Assembly (NCBI GenBank): GCA_963753975.1 | Contig: CAVWEH010000001.1 | Coordinates: 224,001 to 288,000, forward strand | Length of the DNA: 64,000 nt | Reading direction: 5' to 3' | Origin: an uncultured delta proteobacterium | Lineage (GTDB): Bacteria > Desulfobacterota > Syntrophia > Syntrophales > Smithellaceae | The notes under the pieces: model-generated | What the model saw: only the letters and a program-made list of their open reading frames with translations | Told to the model about the DNA's origin: nothing | The model's database searches: none | Part shown: one piece after another, positions 62,158 through 64,000 of the stretch | Position numbering within the stretch: position 1 is the stretch's first letter | Layout: every line of letters starts with the position of its first letter | Position numbers and translations under genes: made by a program

Positions 62158-64000
62158 ATGAAATCAAAAAAAATCAATATCTGGCAGATGAAGTTTGTTC
62201 TGCCCGCGCTGAAAGATTCGCTGACGAAACTAAATCCGGCGATCATGATTCAAAGTCCGGTGATGTTCATAGTGGAGTTGGTCACCATCGTAACTTCGTG
62301 TATAGTATTGGATGATATATTTACCGGTAGCAGTATCGCCTTTGATTTACAGATCACCTTGTGGCTGTGGTTTACGGTAATATTTGCCAATTTTGCGGAA
62401 GCCCTTGCCGAAGGTCAGGGAAGGGCCCAAGCCGATTCTCTTAAAAAGAACCGTTCGGAAGCCGTAGCCAAACGATTATTGAATGATGGCAGCACGGAAA
62501 CGATATCCGCCCTCCAGTTGAAAAAAGAAGACATGATTCTTCTCACAGACGGCGACACTATCCCTGGAGACGGTGAGGTCGCCGTGGGAACCGCGCTTAT
62601 CGATGAATCGGCCATAACCGGCGAATCCGCACCCGTCATCAGGGAATGCGGCGGCGACCGCAGCGGCGTCACCGGCGGAACACGAGTGCTTTCGGGGGAA
62701 ATAAAAGTTCGCATTACCGCCAATCCCGGTGAAAGCTTCCTCGATCAAATGATTCAGATGGTTGAAGGTGCAAAAAGACAGAAGACTCCCAATGAAAAAG
62801 CACTCAATGTATTTTTAATTGCGCTTACAATATTGTTCGTTGTTGTCGTCGTTACTTTAAAATATTTTGCCGCCTATATGAGCGTCAATGTTGCCGTAGC
62901 CACGCTGATTGCGCTCTTGGTGTGCCTGATGCCCACCACAATAGGAGGATTATTGCCGGCAATAGGAATTGCCGGCATGGACAGATTGCTGCAGTATAAT
63001 TTCATAGCGACAAGTGGCCGGGCCGTGGAAGCGTCCGGTGATGTTGATGTTGTGCTTATGGATAAAACCGGCACAATAACGCTGGGCAACAGAATGGCTA
63101 CTGAATTTATTCCTCTGGATAAGAAAAAAGAAACCGACCTTATCAATGCGGCGCTTTTGTCATCGCTTGCCGACGATACACCAGAAGGCAGAAGTATCGT
63201 CGTTTTGGCCAAAGAAAAGCTCGGAATACGCGGCAGTGATATTCGTGCTCCGGAGGGAGCTGTTTTTTCTCCCTTTAGTGCGGAGACGCGGATGAGCGGT
63301 ATTGATTGGAGCGGCCACCGGATAAGAAAAGGAGCTTTTGATGCTATCAAAGATTTTGTTGCGGTCAAAGGGGTGCTAATGGCGGAGGATGTTGAAAAAA
63401 TAGTAATGAACATTTCCACTGAAGGTTCGACGCCGCTTTTGGTGGCGAAGGATGGGGAAATTCTCGGTGTAATCCGGCTCAAAGATGTTCTCAAAGAAGG
63501 CATCAGCGGCCGTATTGCCAAACTGCGGCATATGGGGATCAAATCGATTATGATTACCGGAGATAATCCCTTAACGGCGGCGACCATTGCGGCTGAAGCC
63601 GGAGTGAATGACTTTGTTGCCCAGGCAAAACCGGTAACAAAATTGGAACTCATTCGTAAATATCAGGGGATGGGACATCTGGTGGCGATGATCGGTGACG
63701 GAACCAACGATGCGCCGGCGCTGGCTCAGGCCGACGTGGCCGTGGCGATGAACGCCGGCACACAGGCAGCCCGGGAAGCGGCCAATATTGTTGACCTTGA
63801 TTCTAATCCGACCAAACTTCTCGACCTTGTTGAAATCGGCAAGCAGATTCTCATTACCCGCGGAGCGCTGACGACTTTTAGCGTCGCCAATGATGTCGCC
63901 AAATATTTTGCGATCATTCCGGCGATCTTTGCACTTGAGTATCCTCAGTTGCGGATACTCGATATCATGCATCTGGCCAGTCCTCAGAGTGCGGTTTTGT
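62158..64000 (+). CDS. kdpB: Potassium-transporting ATPase subunit B (runs off the window end)
   Basis: ATG at 62158; ANFAEA, TGES, DKTGT, TGDN, GDGTND, NDVAKYF in one open frame. Confidence 0.96.
   Translation, partial: MKSKKINIWQMKFVLPALKDSLTKLNPAIMIQSPVMFIVELVTIVTSCIVLDDIFTGSSIAFDLQITLWLWFTVIFANFAEALAEGQGRAQADSLKKNRSEAVAKRLLNDGSTETISALQLKKEDMILLTDGDTIPGDGEVAVGTALIDESAITGESAPVIRECGGDRSGVTGGTRVLSGEIKVRITANPGESFLDQMIQMVEGAKRQKTPNEKALNVFLIALTILFVVVVVTLKYFAAYMSVNVAVATLIALLVCLMPTTIGGLLPAIGIAGMDRLLQYNFIATSGRAVEASGDVDVVLMDKTGTITLGNRMATEFIPLDKKKETDLINAALLSSLADDTPEGRSIVVLAKEKLGIRGSDIRAPEGAVFSPFSAETRMSGIDWSGHRIRKGAFDAIKDFVAVKGVLMAEDVEKIVMNISTEGSTPLLVAKDGEILGVIRLKDVLKEGISGRIAKLRHMGIKSIMITGDNPLTAATIAAEAGVNDFVAQAKPVTKLELIRKYQGMGHLVAMIGDGTNDAPALAQADVAVAMNAGTQAAREAANIVDLDSNPTKLLDLVEIGKQILITRGALTTFSVANDVAKYFAIIPAIFALEYPQLRILDIMHLASPQSAVL

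Noticed and set aside
1..64000. CRISPR array, prophage, integrase or transposase
   Set aside because: No regularly spaced direct repeats and no recognisable Cas, phage or transposase proteins were seen.

Overview
The window looks like core chromosome from a syntrophic deltaproteobacterium (Syntrophales, Smithella/Syntrophus-like). This is inferred from gene content and order, not from a search. Contents in order: part of the histidine operon; hinT-yqeY-dnaG-rpoD-tRNA(CAT); zinc-ribbon protein, RNase H and RNase P RNA; an orphan ATP synthase c-subunit gene paired with an output-less Cache membrane protein behind a sigma-54 promoter; a dCache/PAS kinase plus sigma-54 activator; engB; a large HdrL-FlxDC-HdrCB-FlxBA cluster followed by nfnAB; lipid-remodelling genes; a 9-PAS HD-GYP protein; paaK-like genes; trxA, bamD, rdgC-like, nadK, recN, mltA; a metal-uptake operon led by a CxxC/RAPP leader peptide; and a c-di-AMP riboswitch-controlled kdpAB. 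The most unusual observations are three. (1) The rpoD in the canonical locus has an in-frame degenerate, acidic region 4.2 (the -35 recognition helix). (2) The sigma-54 atpE-Cache unit, with a nearby atpZ-like gene, lies outside any atp operon. (3) A DUF2946-like arrest peptide precedes the metal porin/ABC transporter. Three families of palindromic REP/MITE-like elements are present. Several short insertions (in hdrL, hdrC and kdpA) are probably assembly errors. All family assignments are from motif recognition by eye.
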